Origin: Candidatus Pacearchaeota archaeon | GTDB taxonomy: Archaea > Nanobdellota > Nanobdellia > Pacearchaeales > GW2011-AR1 | Direction: 5' to 3' | Length of the DNA: 64,000 nucleotides | NCBI GenBank assembly: GCA_016866955.1 | Contig: VGKT01000002.1 | Coordinates: 16,072-80,071, forward strand | Shown here: positions 1-9,553 of the stretch, one piece after another | Position numbering within the stretch: position 1 is the first letter of the stretch | Layout of the letters: every line of letters begins with the position of its first letter | Program-made: the position numbers and the translations under genes | Notes under the pieces: model-generated | The model's input: only the letters and a program-made list of their open reading frames with translations | Database searches by the model: none | Told to the model about the DNA's origin: nothing

Positions 1-58
1 CTGTACTTTGGTAACTAATGCGCCCATCTTATTTTTAGAAATAACAATCTCTTAAACC

Positions 59-637
59 TTATGGCAATACACCAGTACCTAACGAAGGAGTAGTTGTTCC
101 TGCAGGAGCTTCATAATAGTCCTTTCCTTCAAAGCCAAATATACCTGCAAGTATATTTGCAGGGAAACGCTTGATGGCAGTGTTGTATGTTTTAATGAGT
201 TTGATCCATTCTCCTCGAGCAACAGTAATGCGATTAGCAGTACCTGCAAGTTCATCCATCAGTTGTGTATATTGTTTATTTGCTTGTAAGGTCGGATAAT
301 TTTCAGAAGTAGAAATAGCACGTACCAGAGCAACCACATCTGCATTCATTTGTACTCCTGCAACATCCTTGCCCGTTGCATCAGCTTCTAACCAACGAGT
401 ACGAGAAGCAGTTACTTTCTCCACAAAACTTGTTTCAACACGCGCAGCCGAAGCAACCGTACTTACCAAATTAGGAATGAGTTCTGCTTGACGAGTATAT
501 TGATTGTTAACTTCACTCCATGCTCCATTAATACCTTGATCAAGCCCCACAAAGCGATTATATCCTCCAATACCCCACATAATTACTAAAAGTGCAACAA
601 CTCCCACTCCAATCCAGACCATCGAACTCGTTTTCAT
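59..637 (-). CDS. lemA: LemA family protein
   Basis: N-terminal TM helix; YNRFV..W.EV.NQY.RQAELIPNLV, ENYPTLQAN and YN..I..FPAN..A..FGF motifs. Confidence 0.95.
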   Translation of the reverse strand: MKTSSMVWIGVGVVALLVIMWGIGGYNRFVGLDQGINGAWSEVNNQYTRQAELIPNLVSTVASAARVETSFVEKVTASRTRWLEADATGKDVAGVQMNADVVALVRAISTSENYPTLQANKQYTQLMDELAGTANRITVARGEWIKLIKTYNTAIKRFPANILAGIFGFEGKDYYEAPAGTTTPSLGTGVLP

Positions 638-677
638 ATACTAAGTATCTTTTCCCTCTTTATAAAACTAAGGGACA

Positions 678-1397
678 TCATCTTCCTGCCCCTCCCCCTC
701 CACTCATTCCTCCCCCAAAGCCACTAAATCCTCCTCCTCCGAATGAAGAATGTCCTCCCCGTCCTCCGAAAAAAACAGGGAACAAACCAAAACGTTTCTT
801 TCCCGGTCCATGTACTACATACCACCAGAACCAAATAAATAATCCTAGAATCACCAACAATACAAGCACTTCTCCAAATGTATCGATTGTCTCCTCGTTT
901 CTCTGTCCCGAACGAATTTCCTCAGTATTCAATACTAATTCATCAGCAATCGCTTCAGCAAAAGCAACAATTCCTTCTGAAATATTCCCCCCATCACGAG
1001 CAGGCACATAATAGTTATCAAGATACCTTCCCACTTTTCCATCAGGTAAAATACCTTCCAAGCCATAACCAACTTCAACTTCAATTCGTTTTTCAGTAAC
1101 ACTATACAAAATCAACAATCCATTGTTCTTATCTTTCTTACCAATTCCCCATTCGCGAAATAACTTCGTACGATACGCAGAGGGAACATCGGGAGCAGTC
1201 GTATTCACCGAAACAAACACCACTTCTGCAGTCGTATTCTGCTCGACAAGCGTAAAAAGCGCTTCCAAAGAAGCACGATCCCCTTGAGTAAGCACATCCC
1301 CATAATCATTCACCCACCCTGAATACGAAGGAGAGAGTGCGGATACAAAAATACATGACAAGAAGAAAAGAAAAACAAAAGTAACAAAGCGTTGCAT
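678..1397 (-). CDS. TPM-domain (YgcG-like) membrane protein
   Basis: VNDYGDVL, WGIGKKDKNNGLL, IEVGYGLEGILPD, C-terminal GFGGGMSGGGGAG; typical lemA neighbour; start could be 1406. Confidence 0.92.
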   Translation of the reverse strand: MQRFVTFVFLFFLSCIFVSALSPSYSGWVNDYGDVLTQGDRASLEALFTLVEQNTTAEVVFVSVNTTAPDVPSAYRTKLFREWGIGKKDKNNGLLILYSVTEKRIEVEVGYGLEGILPDGKVGRYLDNYYVPARDGGNISEGIVAFAEAIADELVLNTEEIRSGQRNEETIDTFGEVLVLLVILGLFIWFWWYVVHGPGKKRFGLFPVFFGGRGGHSSFGGGGFSGFGGGMSGGGGAGR

Positions 1398-1429
1398 ACT
1401 GCACAAGAAAAAAGCTCAGTTAATAAGTA

Positions 1430-1930
1430 TTACCACACGATTGTTTTCAAGGGTAACTTCACATAAATAATTTCACGTAGTTCATATAATTCAAGTGTTG
1501 CTTCAACCTGATCAGCAAAATAACGCAATTGGTAATCCTTATCAGTCTTAGGATCAAATGCATCGATAGCCATTTCCTTAGTACTTCCATGATCCATCAA
1601 CACGGCATGAGCATCAATTTCAAGCTTCATCCCATTGACTATGAAGGTATTTCCTTTCTTCAATTGTGCAATAGGTTTACTCCCCTTAACTTCAACAGGT
1701 CCAGATTCAACTGATAAATCTCCCACTCCTCGCTCGATTTCATCAAGTTCATCATCAAGTTCTTCTACAATTTCTTCAGCCTTTTGTTTCTTCTTAGCTT
1801 TTACAGGTTTAGCAGGAGCATAATCCACCCCATCATCATCAGCAAAAGCATCATCTAACGAAGCACCCCCGGCATGTTTCTCACTTTCAGCAGAAGTTTT
1901 CGATTTCTTCACAGTTTTTCTGCTAGCCAT
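1430..1930 (-). CDS. hypothetical protein (acidic N-terminal half, small beta-rich C-terminal domain)
   Basis: 166-aa ORF with an upstream TATA-like element; no family recognised. Confidence 0.7.
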   Translation of the reverse strand: MASRKTVKKSKTSAESEKHAGGASLDDAFADDDGVDYAPAKPVKAKKKQKAEEIVEELDDELDEIERGVGDLSVESGPVEVKGSKPIAQLKKGNTFIVNGMKLEIDAHAVLMDHGSTKEMAIDAFDPKTDKDYQLRYFADQVEATLELYELREIIYVKLPLKTIVW

Positions 1931-1964
1931 ACCGAAGTATTAGAAAAGTGCTTTTTAAGGATTC

Positions 1965-2207
1965 CTACCATTCTTTCTTTTCAACTAACAGATACTCATC
2001 ATCATGCTTGGGAGCATTCTGAAACATTCTTTGACGAAACACTTCATCTGCTTTTTTCCCCATTCCTTCCTTTCGGACTCCAGAAGTCTGTGTTACGTTC
2101 CCCTCTTTTACTTTCGGAAGCTTCACCTTTGCCAATTGCTTTCCAAATGAAGTGAGTATCTTCTTCGCATCTTCTTGTGCTTGTGCTTGTAAGGTAACCA
2201 TCTCCAT
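1965..2207 (-). CDS. gatC: Asp/Glu-tRNA amidotransferase subunit C
   Basis: Small protein ending in FR..MFQNAPK.DDEYLLVEK, like archaeal GatC; gatB is in the window; start approximate. Confidence 0.75.
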   Translation of the reverse strand: MEMVTLQAQAQEDAKKILTSFGKQLAKVKLPKVKEGNVTQTSGVRKEGMGKKADEVFRQRMFQNAPKHDDEYLLVEKKEW

Positions 2208-2233
2208 TCTAAAGAAAGCGAGCATAAAAAGGT

Positions 2234-2956
2234 TTAGTTTTTTAGAATAGGGGTGGCTTCCTTGTACGTAGCAAGAAAAAGCTTCTTCATAAGTTTTGCA
2301 AACGGTTTATCACGAATAAGTAAAGTAGCATCAGATTTAATCAATCCAATCATAACTTCTTTATCATCAATAATGGAAAGAGCGATTCCTTCATTTTCAA
2401 TTTGACGATAATTTTTTTCAACTGTAATCCATTTATCAACATTCTGTTTTGTTTCAACATCATAACGCGTTAATGTTTTCAAATCAACATTTCGTTTAAC
2501 ATCAGCATCATGTATTCGCACCCATTCAGGTTTAAAGTCTGCTTTCCATTTAACATAATAGGAATACTTTTTTGCAACAGGAAGCAGTTTAACCAGTGTA
2601 TGAAATCCTTTATCTCCAAATTCAACAATCACAGGATCAACAGCTCTTTCAGTATATAGTTTTTGCAAACGTTTAACACTTCCACGAAGTTGATTGAGAG
2701 AAGTAGTACGTTTTTCAATAAGCTCGGAAAGTTGTTGAGGAGAAGTAGGAGCATACTGTTTAGTAGGGGCAGGTATAACACTTACCAGCGTCTTATGAAC
2801 TAAACTCTCTAAGATATCATAAATGCGACTATACGAAACACCACTCTTCGCGCTCAATACACTCGCAGGTAAAGTTCCCTGCATCAATAACGTATGATAT
2901 ACCTTAGCTTCATTTTTTGTCAATCCTAATTCTTGCAAATCTTCAATATCAGTCAT
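2234..2956 (-). CDS. TrmB family transcriptional regulator
   Basis: LQELGLTKNEAKVY..LL, SGVSYSRIYDILESL wHTH; C-terminal IIDDKEVMI effector domain. Confidence 0.92.
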   Translation of the reverse strand: MTDIEDLQELGLTKNEAKVYHTLLMQGTLPASVLSAKSGVSYSRIYDILESLVHKTLVSVIPAPTKQYAPTSPQQLSELIEKRTTSLNQLRGSVKRLQKLYTERAVDPVIVEFGDKGFHTLVKLLPVAKKYSYYVKWKADFKPEWVRIHDADVKRNVDLKTLTRYDVETKQNVDKWITVEKNYRQIENEGIALSIIDDKEVMIGLIKSDATLLIRDKPFAKLMKKLFLATYKEATPILKN

Positions 2957-2990
2957 ATCTTGTGCTATTTTCTGTTCTTTTTATATCTTA

Positions 2991-3020
2991 CTAATACCAC
3001 CCCAAATAGGGTGGCATAAG
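2991..3020. promoter_or_regulatory. imperfect 12-6-12 palindrome, candidate TrmB operator
   Basis: CTAATACCACCC-CAAATA-GGGTGGCATAAG (10/12 arm match) between divergent genes. Confidence 0.6.
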
Positions 3021-3049
3021 TTGAAATATCTATTTTTTACCAGAAGAAA

Positions 3050-3241
3050 ATGGAAAACGTACCTTATGAAGAAAGAATAAACCATGCAGAAAGAAGAGAA
3101 CTGCAAGATGCAGCAACAGCTATCCTTAGAGAAGCAGGATTAGAGTGGGATGGAAGACCAAGAAGCCCTAATCATAGCATGCAATATAGAGAACATCTTC
3201 TTACGCAAACAGGGGCATATTGTAGTTGGAGGAGAAAATAA
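3050..3241 (+). CDS. small hypothetical protein
   Basis: 63-aa ORF; stop lies 2 nt before the next ATG and its 3' end carries GGAGGAG. Confidence 0.55.
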   Translation: MENVPYEERINHAERRELQDAATAILREAGLEWDGRPRSPNHSMQYREHLLTQTGAYCSWRRK

Positions 3242-3242
3242 A

Positions 3243-3953
3243 ATGAGTTATTCAGGGAATCCATTTGATTTTTTAGATAAAGAAAGCTTAGCTCTAACAA
3301 GAAAAGCAAACGAAGAATGGCAAAGAGAAGAATATGAAAAAGATAGAAGATCATTAAATGAAGGATGTAAAAGAAAGTTTATAAGAAATTTAAGGACTAA
3401 CGAAAGAAAAACGATAGAAGAAATAGTAAAGTACAGTGGAAAAATATACCCGAGAGGAGAAATATATGTTTTCGGCAGTGCAGTAAGAAAATATAATCAA
3501 CATCAAGATATAGATCTTCTCTTTAAAAATGAGTTTCTGAAAGAGTTACAAAAAAATAAGATAGAAGAATATGTAAATACAAAGCTCAAATTTAAAAGAA
3601 AGCCGCAAATGCTTTTTGAAACAATCGAGATAGATGTAAGTGATATGGAACCTCTGGCGCAAAAGTTAATGCCTTGGTACAATATTGATGGAAAAAATAA
3701 ACAAAAAAGAAGAGCAAGAATAGCTTCTCAAGGAAATAAAGAAACAGATAAACCCTATGTTCATGCAGGCTTTCGAGAAATTGGTTTCAAATTATGTATT
3801 GAAGGGGCCGAAGTACCAATTCATTGTATATTTACTGGAAGCTATTATACTTTAAGAAATATAGTTAGAACATCAAAAATACAACTAGAAAAAGGAATAA
3901 TTTCTGAAGGTCCATTTGGAATAGAATTAACAAATAGGGAAAAAATAAAATGA
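3243..3953 (+). CDS. Pol-beta superfamily (MNT-like) nucleotidyltransferase
   Basis: YVFGSAVR...DIDLL motif; start at 3243 chosen after the GGAGGAG SD (track start 3150). Confidence 0.8.
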   Translation: MSYSGNPFDFLDKESLALTRKANEEWQREEYEKDRRSLNEGCKRKFIRNLRTNERKTIEEIVKYSGKIYPRGEIYVFGSAVRKYNQHQDIDLLFKNEFLKELQKNKIEEYVNTKLKFKRKPQMLFETIEIDVSDMEPLAQKLMPWYNIDGKNKQKRRARIASQGNKETDKPYVHAGFREIGFKLCIEGAEVPIHCIFTGSYYTLRNIVRTSKIQLEKGIISEGPFGIELTNREKIK

Positions 3954-4693
3954 AAATTGCAGTCATTGGAGATCCGCATGGAGAAATTGAAAGAGTAAGA
4001 GAAATGCAATTGAAAGATATAAAAGCAATTATCATTAATGGAGATTTGGGAAAGTGCGATATTGCACGTAAACAAAAGTTTAGCAACTTAGAGAGAACAG
4101 CAAAAGGATTACCTGAAAGAATATATTCTGCTGAAGAAAGAGAAAGAGCATTTTTAGAGTCATATGAAACGGCCCTATCTTTAAGCAGATACTTGGCATC
4201 AATTGCTCAAACGTACACTATTTATGGAAATGTCGAAAATGTACATTCAAAAGAAAAAACAGAAGAACTTTCAAGCGAAATAGGGAAAAGGCTACCCTTA
4301 CTTGAAGAAGGATTATACAAAGAGGGATGCAAGGTCTTCAACAATGAAATACTTGAAGTAGCAGGCAAAAAGATAGGAGGATTAGAATATTTTACAGATA
4401 CTCTAGAAAACGAAAAAAGAGCACAAAAAATACTTGAACGTATGGAGAGAGTAGATCTATTAATCACGCATCAGCCCCCATATGGTTCATTAGATAAGCT
4501 GAGTAATCCAAATTTACCTGCCGAATTAAAAGGAAAAAGAGTAGGAAGTAGAGCAATACGAACATATATCGAAACTATGCAACCTGCCCAAGTCTTCTGT
4601 GGACACGTACACGAGGGTGAAGGAAAAGAAAAAATAGGAAAAACAGAGGTATATAATTTAGGATTCTGTGGATACAAAATTGTTGAAATATAA
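3950..4693 (+). CDS. calcineurin-like metallophosphoesterase
   Basis: GDPHG, NGDL, GNVE, THQPP and CGHVHE motifs; short overlap with the upstream gene. Confidence 0.92.
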   Translation: MKIAVIGDPHGEIERVREMQLKDIKAIIINGDLGKCDIARKQKFSNLERTAKGLPERIYSAEERERAFLESYETALSLSRYLASIAQTYTIYGNVENVHSKEKTEELSSEIGKRLPLLEEGLYKEGCKVFNNEILEVAGKKIGGLEYFTDTLENEKRAQKILERMERVDLLITHQPPYGSLDKLSNPNLPAELKGKRVGSRAIRTYIETMQPAQVFCGHVHEGEGKEKIGKTEVYNLGFCGYKIVEI

Positions 4694-4694
4694 A

Positions 4695-5522
4695 TCAGTA
4701 AAATTTCGTAGTGATTTTCTTTCCCTCTAGTTCCACAATCGCATACTGCCCTTCATGTATTGAACCAGGATTGATGCAGAGCGTTCTTCCGAGCAAAGTT
4801 TTCCCTCTTCCTTCATGAATATGTCCCCCGATATGCATCAACGGACGATAACGTTGAATAACCCGACGTATCAACTTTGAACCATAATGCTTTCCTCGTA
4901 CCGCAGGATGTGCTTTCATACTGATTTTGTCAAGAGCAGTGTTGAAAGGCACGTTATGACTCACAAAAATAAGGTGCTTGCCAGTAAAGCGAGCAAACAA
5001 ACGTTGCAACTTCATCCACGAAGCACGAAATGTCTTGCTGAGAGGTTTGCCTGGGTTTGTCCCTCCATAAGCCCCAATAAATACATACTTTCCAAACACA
5101 AAAGAACGATAATCAATTCGATGCACATTCTTTAATGAACGCATCCACAGTCCCACTATATCCCTCCATTCCCAGGCCCAATAGCGCTTCCCTTTTGGCT
5201 TTGCTATATCTTGGCTATCAGACGTAATATGATCAACATTTCCAAACACCGTCACAACAGGAACAGGCAACGCATCAAGCGCTTGTAATGCTCGTTCACC
5301 TTGAGCAACATCTCGCGTCACTAATTGCTTATATTTCTGCTTTCCAAGTACTTCCCATAATTCCCTGTCCTGCCCATAACAATAGTTAAACCACAATGTT
5401 CGATAAGCAAACGAACAATAATCCCCATTAGATACCACAAGAGCAATCTTTTGTTCATTGATAATACGTTTTAATTTCGCGGGAAACGTTCCATGAAAAT
5501 CCCCCAGGACAAGCAGTTTCAT
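4695..5522 (-). CDS. calcineurin-like metallophosphoesterase
   Basis: GDFHG, NGDY, GNVD, SHNVP, GGHIHE and NPGS motifs. Confidence 0.92.
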   Translation of the reverse strand: MKLLVLGDFHGTFPAKLKRIINEQKIALVVSNGDYCSFAYRTLWFNYCYGQDRELWEVLGKQKYKQLVTRDVAQGERALQALDALPVPVVTVFGNVDHITSDSQDIAKPKGKRYWAWEWRDIVGLWMRSLKNVHRIDYRSFVFGKYVFIGAYGGTNPGKPLSKTFRASWMKLQRLFARFTGKHLIFVSHNVPFNTALDKISMKAHPAVRGKHYGSKLIRRVIQRYRPLMHIGGHIHEGRGKTLLGRTLCINPGSIHEGQYAIVELEGKKITTKFY

Positions 5523-5546
5523 AAAGAAAAAAAGAAGTATCTCCTT

Positions 5547-5840
5547 TTAACCCTTCTCTTCTCGATAATGCCAATACAAAGCCATCACTTCTTGATACTC
5601 TTGTTCTAATAATGCCAAAGCAGGGGTTCCCCCTGCTCGCACAATTTCTTGACTATAATATCGTCCCAAAGCCCGTTGCAAACGTAAAAAAGAAGAATCA
5701 GTCGGACAACGAACGCGTTCTCCTTCATCCTGAAGGGTGATTGCTAATATAAATGCTGCACGATCACGTGGTTCAGGAAAAAGACGCAATACCTCTGCAA
5801 ATCCCTGACCACGTATGCTTCAATAAGATTCAGCTGACAT
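5547..5840 (-). pseudogene. hypothetical gene with in-frame TGA at codon 7 (or a shorter TTG-start CDS)
   Basis: ATG at 5840 lies 25 nt from TTTATAAA; reads MSAESY*SIRGQGFAEVLRLFPEP... in frame with the 80-aa track ORF. Confidence 0.45.
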
Positions 5841-5874
5841 TGTAATGAAAAACATAAAAAAGAACTTTATAAAA

Positions 5875-6399
5875 CTATATGGAAAAATCTTCAGGTAAAT
5901 CTTTGAATGCAGATTCCAATCGCACTCGTTTAAAATGATGACGATAACAAATTCCTCCAATAAATTCAGCAAGTCCTAAAAAATCATCAACAAGTCGCGC
6001 TTCATAAGGTCTAATGTCTTCACGCAAGGCAACTTTCTCAGGAAATTGAAGCAAATACGCTAAACGATACTGTTGAGGTACTGCAGTTTTCACAAAATCA
6101 GCGGCAAGTTCAGATTCAGTTGGTTCATGTCCTAATCGTTGTCCTAAAAAGAATTTTTCACGTTGTACCCAGGTAATTTGAAATTGATTATAATGTGTAA
6201 ATGCAAGCATAGTAACTCCTGAACCAATACGTTTTTGATGAAAATTGGCCACATTCATAATCAGTCCTATTTGCCAAAGTTCATGAGGAGAAGTAATAAT
6301 ACGTCGATGAGCCTCTGTCAATGCTTCACCAGACCGATACGCTTCAAAAGATAAATCAGGATTAACTAAATGTAAATGAGCAGGACGAGGAACTTCCAT
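5875..6399 (-). CDS. hypothetical protein
   Basis: 174-aa ORF with upstream TATA-like element. Confidence 0.7.
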   Translation of the reverse strand: MEVPRPAHLHLVNPDLSFEAYRSGEALTEAHRRIITSPHELWQIGLIMNVANFHQKRIGSGVTMLAFTHYNQFQITWVQREKFFLGQRLGHEPTESELAADFVKTAVPQQYRLAYLLQFPEKVALREDIRPYEARLVDDFLGLAEFIGGICYRHHFKRVRLESAFKDLPEDFSI

Positions 6400-6430
6400 A
6401 AAATAAAAATTAAATCTTACCTTAAAAGAA

Positions 6431-7741
6431 TTACGGTGTTAATCGATCTCGATCTCGAGGAAACATCGTTGCTTCTCGAATATTATCCAATCCGCATACT
6501 AATTGCGTCATACGTTCAAGTCCGATACTCCATCCTGCATGTGGTGGTGCTCCATATTTGAAACTTTCAATATAATCAGTAAAATCTTTTGGATTCAGTT
6601 TCTTTACTTTCAAACGTGTCAGCAATAAAGTGGGCAAATGAATACGCTGTCCTCCAGAGGTAATTTCAAGTCCTTTGTAAATACAATCAAATCCTTCACT
6701 TAATTCAGCCTTAGCATCTTCTCCCTTGGGCATTAAATAAAAAGCACGAAGAGATAATGGCCACGAATGTACAAATACCATATCATCAGGATAGAGTTCT
6801 CCCAATTTCTTTTCAGCTTCAGGAGATAAATCTTCTCCATAAGCAATTTTTATCTTATGTTTCTTCAAAAGAGCAATTGTTTCTTCATAGGAAAAGTAAT
6901 GCGCCTGAGGAACCTTGAGTGTTACTCCAAGTAAAGCAAGATCGGCCGCATTCTGTTTCAACACTTCCTCAATCATATGTTTCAAAACTTCTTCTTCATG
7001 TTTCATAATACTCATTTGATTTTCAAATGCAGCTTCAATATCCATTTGACGAATTTCATTGATATGCCGTACCGTATTATGTTTCTCAGCACGCCAAACT
7101 GGAGTCACCATAAACACTTTTTCAACACTACAAGCAAGCATTTGTTTATACAACTGAGGACTTTGTGCTAAACAACCTTGTTTCTCAAAATACTGTACTT
7201 TAAACAAATCGGCTCCCCCTTCAGAAGCGGCAGAGATAACGCAAGGAGGTTGCATCTCCAGGAATCCTTTTCCTGCAAAATGTGCACGGAATGCTTGTAA
7301 TAAGGTATGTTGAATCTTAAAGATCGCTTGAGTTTTTCTTCGATGAAAATCAAGAAATCGAGTATCAAGACGTTTAGGTAATTCAGTTTTAGAAAAATCA
7401 CTGACATCAATAGGCAAAGGATTCTCCGCTCCATGTACCACAACAAGAGAGGTGGGGGCAAGTTCTCTTCCACCAGGAGCTTTCGGAGCTTTTTTTACAA
7501 TCCCTTTCAACAAAACAACACTCTCTCGATTAACTTTGCCCATCGTATCAAATACACTCGCATCAGTTTCTCCTTTAAACCCAGTCACTTGAATTTCTCC
7601 GGAAATATCACGTACAACAGCAAACCGTAATTTACCTAATTCTCTACTATCATACCACCATCCTGCAAGCGTTACTTCTTTCCCTTCATCTTTAGAACTA
7701 ACATCTGCAATCAATACGCGCTTCTCAAATGAAACTGCCAT
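6431..7741 (-). CDS. aspS: aspartyl-tRNA synthetase, archaeal type (probably non-discriminating)
   Basis: OB-fold N-terminus, LAQSPQLYKQ, WRAEKHNTVRH, EITSGGQRIH, GLERM..FPRD; gatBC present. Confidence 0.96.
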   Translation of the reverse strand: MAVSFEKRVLIADVSSKDEGKEVTLAGWWYDSRELGKLRFAVVRDISGEIQVTGFKGETDASVFDTMGKVNRESVVLLKGIVKKAPKAPGGRELAPTSLVVVHGAENPLPIDVSDFSKTELPKRLDTRFLDFHRRKTQAIFKIQHTLLQAFRAHFAGKGFLEMQPPCVISAASEGGADLFKVQYFEKQGCLAQSPQLYKQMLACSVEKVFMVTPVWRAEKHNTVRHINEIRQMDIEAAFENQMSIMKHEEEVLKHMIEEVLKQNAADLALLGVTLKVPQAHYFSYEETIALLKKHKIKIAYGEDLSPEAEKKLGELYPDDMVFVHSWPLSLRAFYLMPKGEDAKAELSEGFDCIYKGLEITSGGQRIHLPTLLLTRLKVKKLNPKDFTDYIESFKYGAPPHAGWSIGLERMTQLVCGLDNIREATMFPRDRDRLTP

Positions 7742-7775
7742 AACTCTTCTTAGAACAACCCCGTTTTAAGCATTC

Positions 7776-8066
7776 CTATTCGCATAAAACAATGTTCTCT
7801 GCACGAGGATCATTCCAAATTTCAGAGAATTGGGTAAGATTCGAAACAGGTACCAAAGAAACAACTTTTCCTTGTTCACAATGCACCAGCACATCAATAC
7901 ACTGGTGCTGGTCATTACAAATAGCAGTTGTCCAGGTATATGTTTTTTCAGACTCAATAGTACCAACTACTTGACCCGTCACACTTCCCTGACCTAAAAA
8001 ATACCCTCCACCAAAGGCCCCCACTATAAGTAAAAGTGCTCCCCAGATAAATAATTTCATCATCAT
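7776..8066 (-). CDS. small Cys-containing signal-anchored protein
   Basis: N-terminal hydrophobic helix, VTGQVV, four Cys; overlaps the gatE stop. Confidence 0.75.
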   Translation of the reverse strand: MMMKLFIWGALLLIVGAFGGGYFLGQGSVTGQVVGTIESEKTYTWTTAICNDQHQCIDVLVHCEQGKVVSLVPVSNLTQFSEIWNDPRAENIVLCE

Positions 8067-9493
8067 CCAACCACCTTCTGCAAAATATCCATTGTTTTTT
8101 TCTTATCAATACCAGTACCAAGTTTTCCAATCACCAATCCCATATAGGCATTCGCTCGTAATCCCGGTTTTTCAGCAACAAGAGCACGGATAGTTTGTTC
8201 AAGTGCATTCTCATCAAGTCCAGGAGCAGGTAAAGAAGATGAAACACTCTTTCCCTCAACAACACTCTTCAATACTCCTTTAACGTGCCCTTCTGCAAGG
8301 CGTCCTGAAGCAACATATTCCAAAATCTCATCATAAATCGCTTCAGTCAACACTGAAGCACGTTCATCAGCAGTCATATGTGCTTTTGTTCCCACTTCTT
8401 GTGTCCACAACGTAATTAATTTAGCAGTTAATACAGGAGATACCGCATGTCGTTTTACAAGTGTAGTATACAATGGCACATACCCATCCAACACCAGAGT
8501 AACAAGATCCGAAGAGAGCCCTTGTTTCAAAAGATCTTGTCGAATATCGTGTTGTAAACGAGGAAGGGATTTCTTAAGTCCATCAAGTCGTTCTTTAGAA
8601 ATATACAACAAAGGGAGATCAGTTTCAGGATACATGCGTGCTTTCCCGGGCATTGGACGAAGAAACTTTGTTGTCCCATCAGGTAACGCCTGACGAACTT
8701 GACTAGCCCCTTGTTTCTCACTTTGCTGTCGAGCAATTTCAGTCAGAATCGTCTGTTCCATCATCGCCACATCTTGAAATCCTTTTACTTCGACACGAGG
8801 ATGTCCCGGACTACTGATGTTCACATCCTGACGAATCGTTCCAATTCCTCGTTTCACCTTACATGCACGAAGAATCTCCCCCAATTTCAATGCAGTTTCC
8901 TTTACCTGTACAGGAGTTGTCAAAGTAGGAGCAGTAGCAATTTCAACCAAAGGAATTCCTAAACGATCAAGACGATACACTACTTCTTTTCCTGATTTTT
9001 CTGAAACTAAGCGCGCAGAATCCTCTTCCAAACATACTGTGTCAATAGGTACCTTTCCAAACGAAGTTTCAATATAACCATTACGCGCCAATACAACCGT
9101 ACGCTGAAAACCAGAAGTATTCGAACCATCAATCACCAACTTTCGCATAATCTGTGTATGCTGATACACTTCACAATTGAGCAATAACGCCACACGTAAC
9201 GCCTCATCCAAAGCAGCAGGAGAAATAAGATGCGGAGGTTCTTCATCTAATTCAACTAAACAAGTCGAATCATGATATCCCTCGTACACAAACGTCTTCT
9301 CTTTCCCCGCTTCATGCTGCACAGCAACATCAACCTCCCCCGTCTCTCCAGCAATAGCATGCAACTTTCGTGTCACCCGCACGTCACCAGCATCTTGCCG
9401 TAAATAGCCCGGACACGCACAAAACAGTTTCCCTGTGTCTAATTGCTGATGTATCTCAAGTCCTGCCTTAAAACCGAGTGTTGGGGAGCGCAT
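8063..9493 (-). CDS. gatE: Glu-tRNA(Gln) amidotransferase subunit E (short form)
   Basis: GLEIHQQL, DEEPPH, DGSNTSGFQRT, RGIGTIRQDVN, RMYPETD. Confidence 0.96.
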   Translation of the reverse strand: MRSPTLGFKAGLEIHQQLDTGKLFCACPGYLRQDAGDVRVTRKLHAIAGETGEVDVAVQHEAGKEKTFVYEGYHDSTCLVELDEEPPHLISPAALDEALRVALLLNCEVYQHTQIMRKLVIDGSNTSGFQRTVVLARNGYIETSFGKVPIDTVCLEEDSARLVSEKSGKEVVYRLDRLGIPLVEIATAPTLTTPVQVKETALKLGEILRACKVKRGIGTIRQDVNISSPGHPRVEVKGFQDVAMMEQTILTEIARQQSEKQGASQVRQALPDGTTKFLRPMPGKARMYPETDLPLLYISKERLDGLKKSLPRLQHDIRQDLLKQGLSSDLVTLVLDGYVPLYTTLVKRHAVSPVLTAKLITLWTQEVGTKAHMTADERASVLTEAIYDEILEYVASGRLAEGHVKGVLKSVVEGKSVSSSLPAPGLDENALEQTIRALVAEKPGLRANAYMGLVIGKLGTGIDKKKTMDILQKVVG

Positions 9494-9553
9494 ATAAAAG
9501 AAGATAAAAAGAGATTATAAAAAACTACTGGCTAGAAAGTAAAGAAAGGAAAT

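Noticed and set aside
592-1011. Pro-rich 139-aa plus-strand ORF
   Set aside because: It is the antisense shadow of the Gly-rich tail of the TPM protein.
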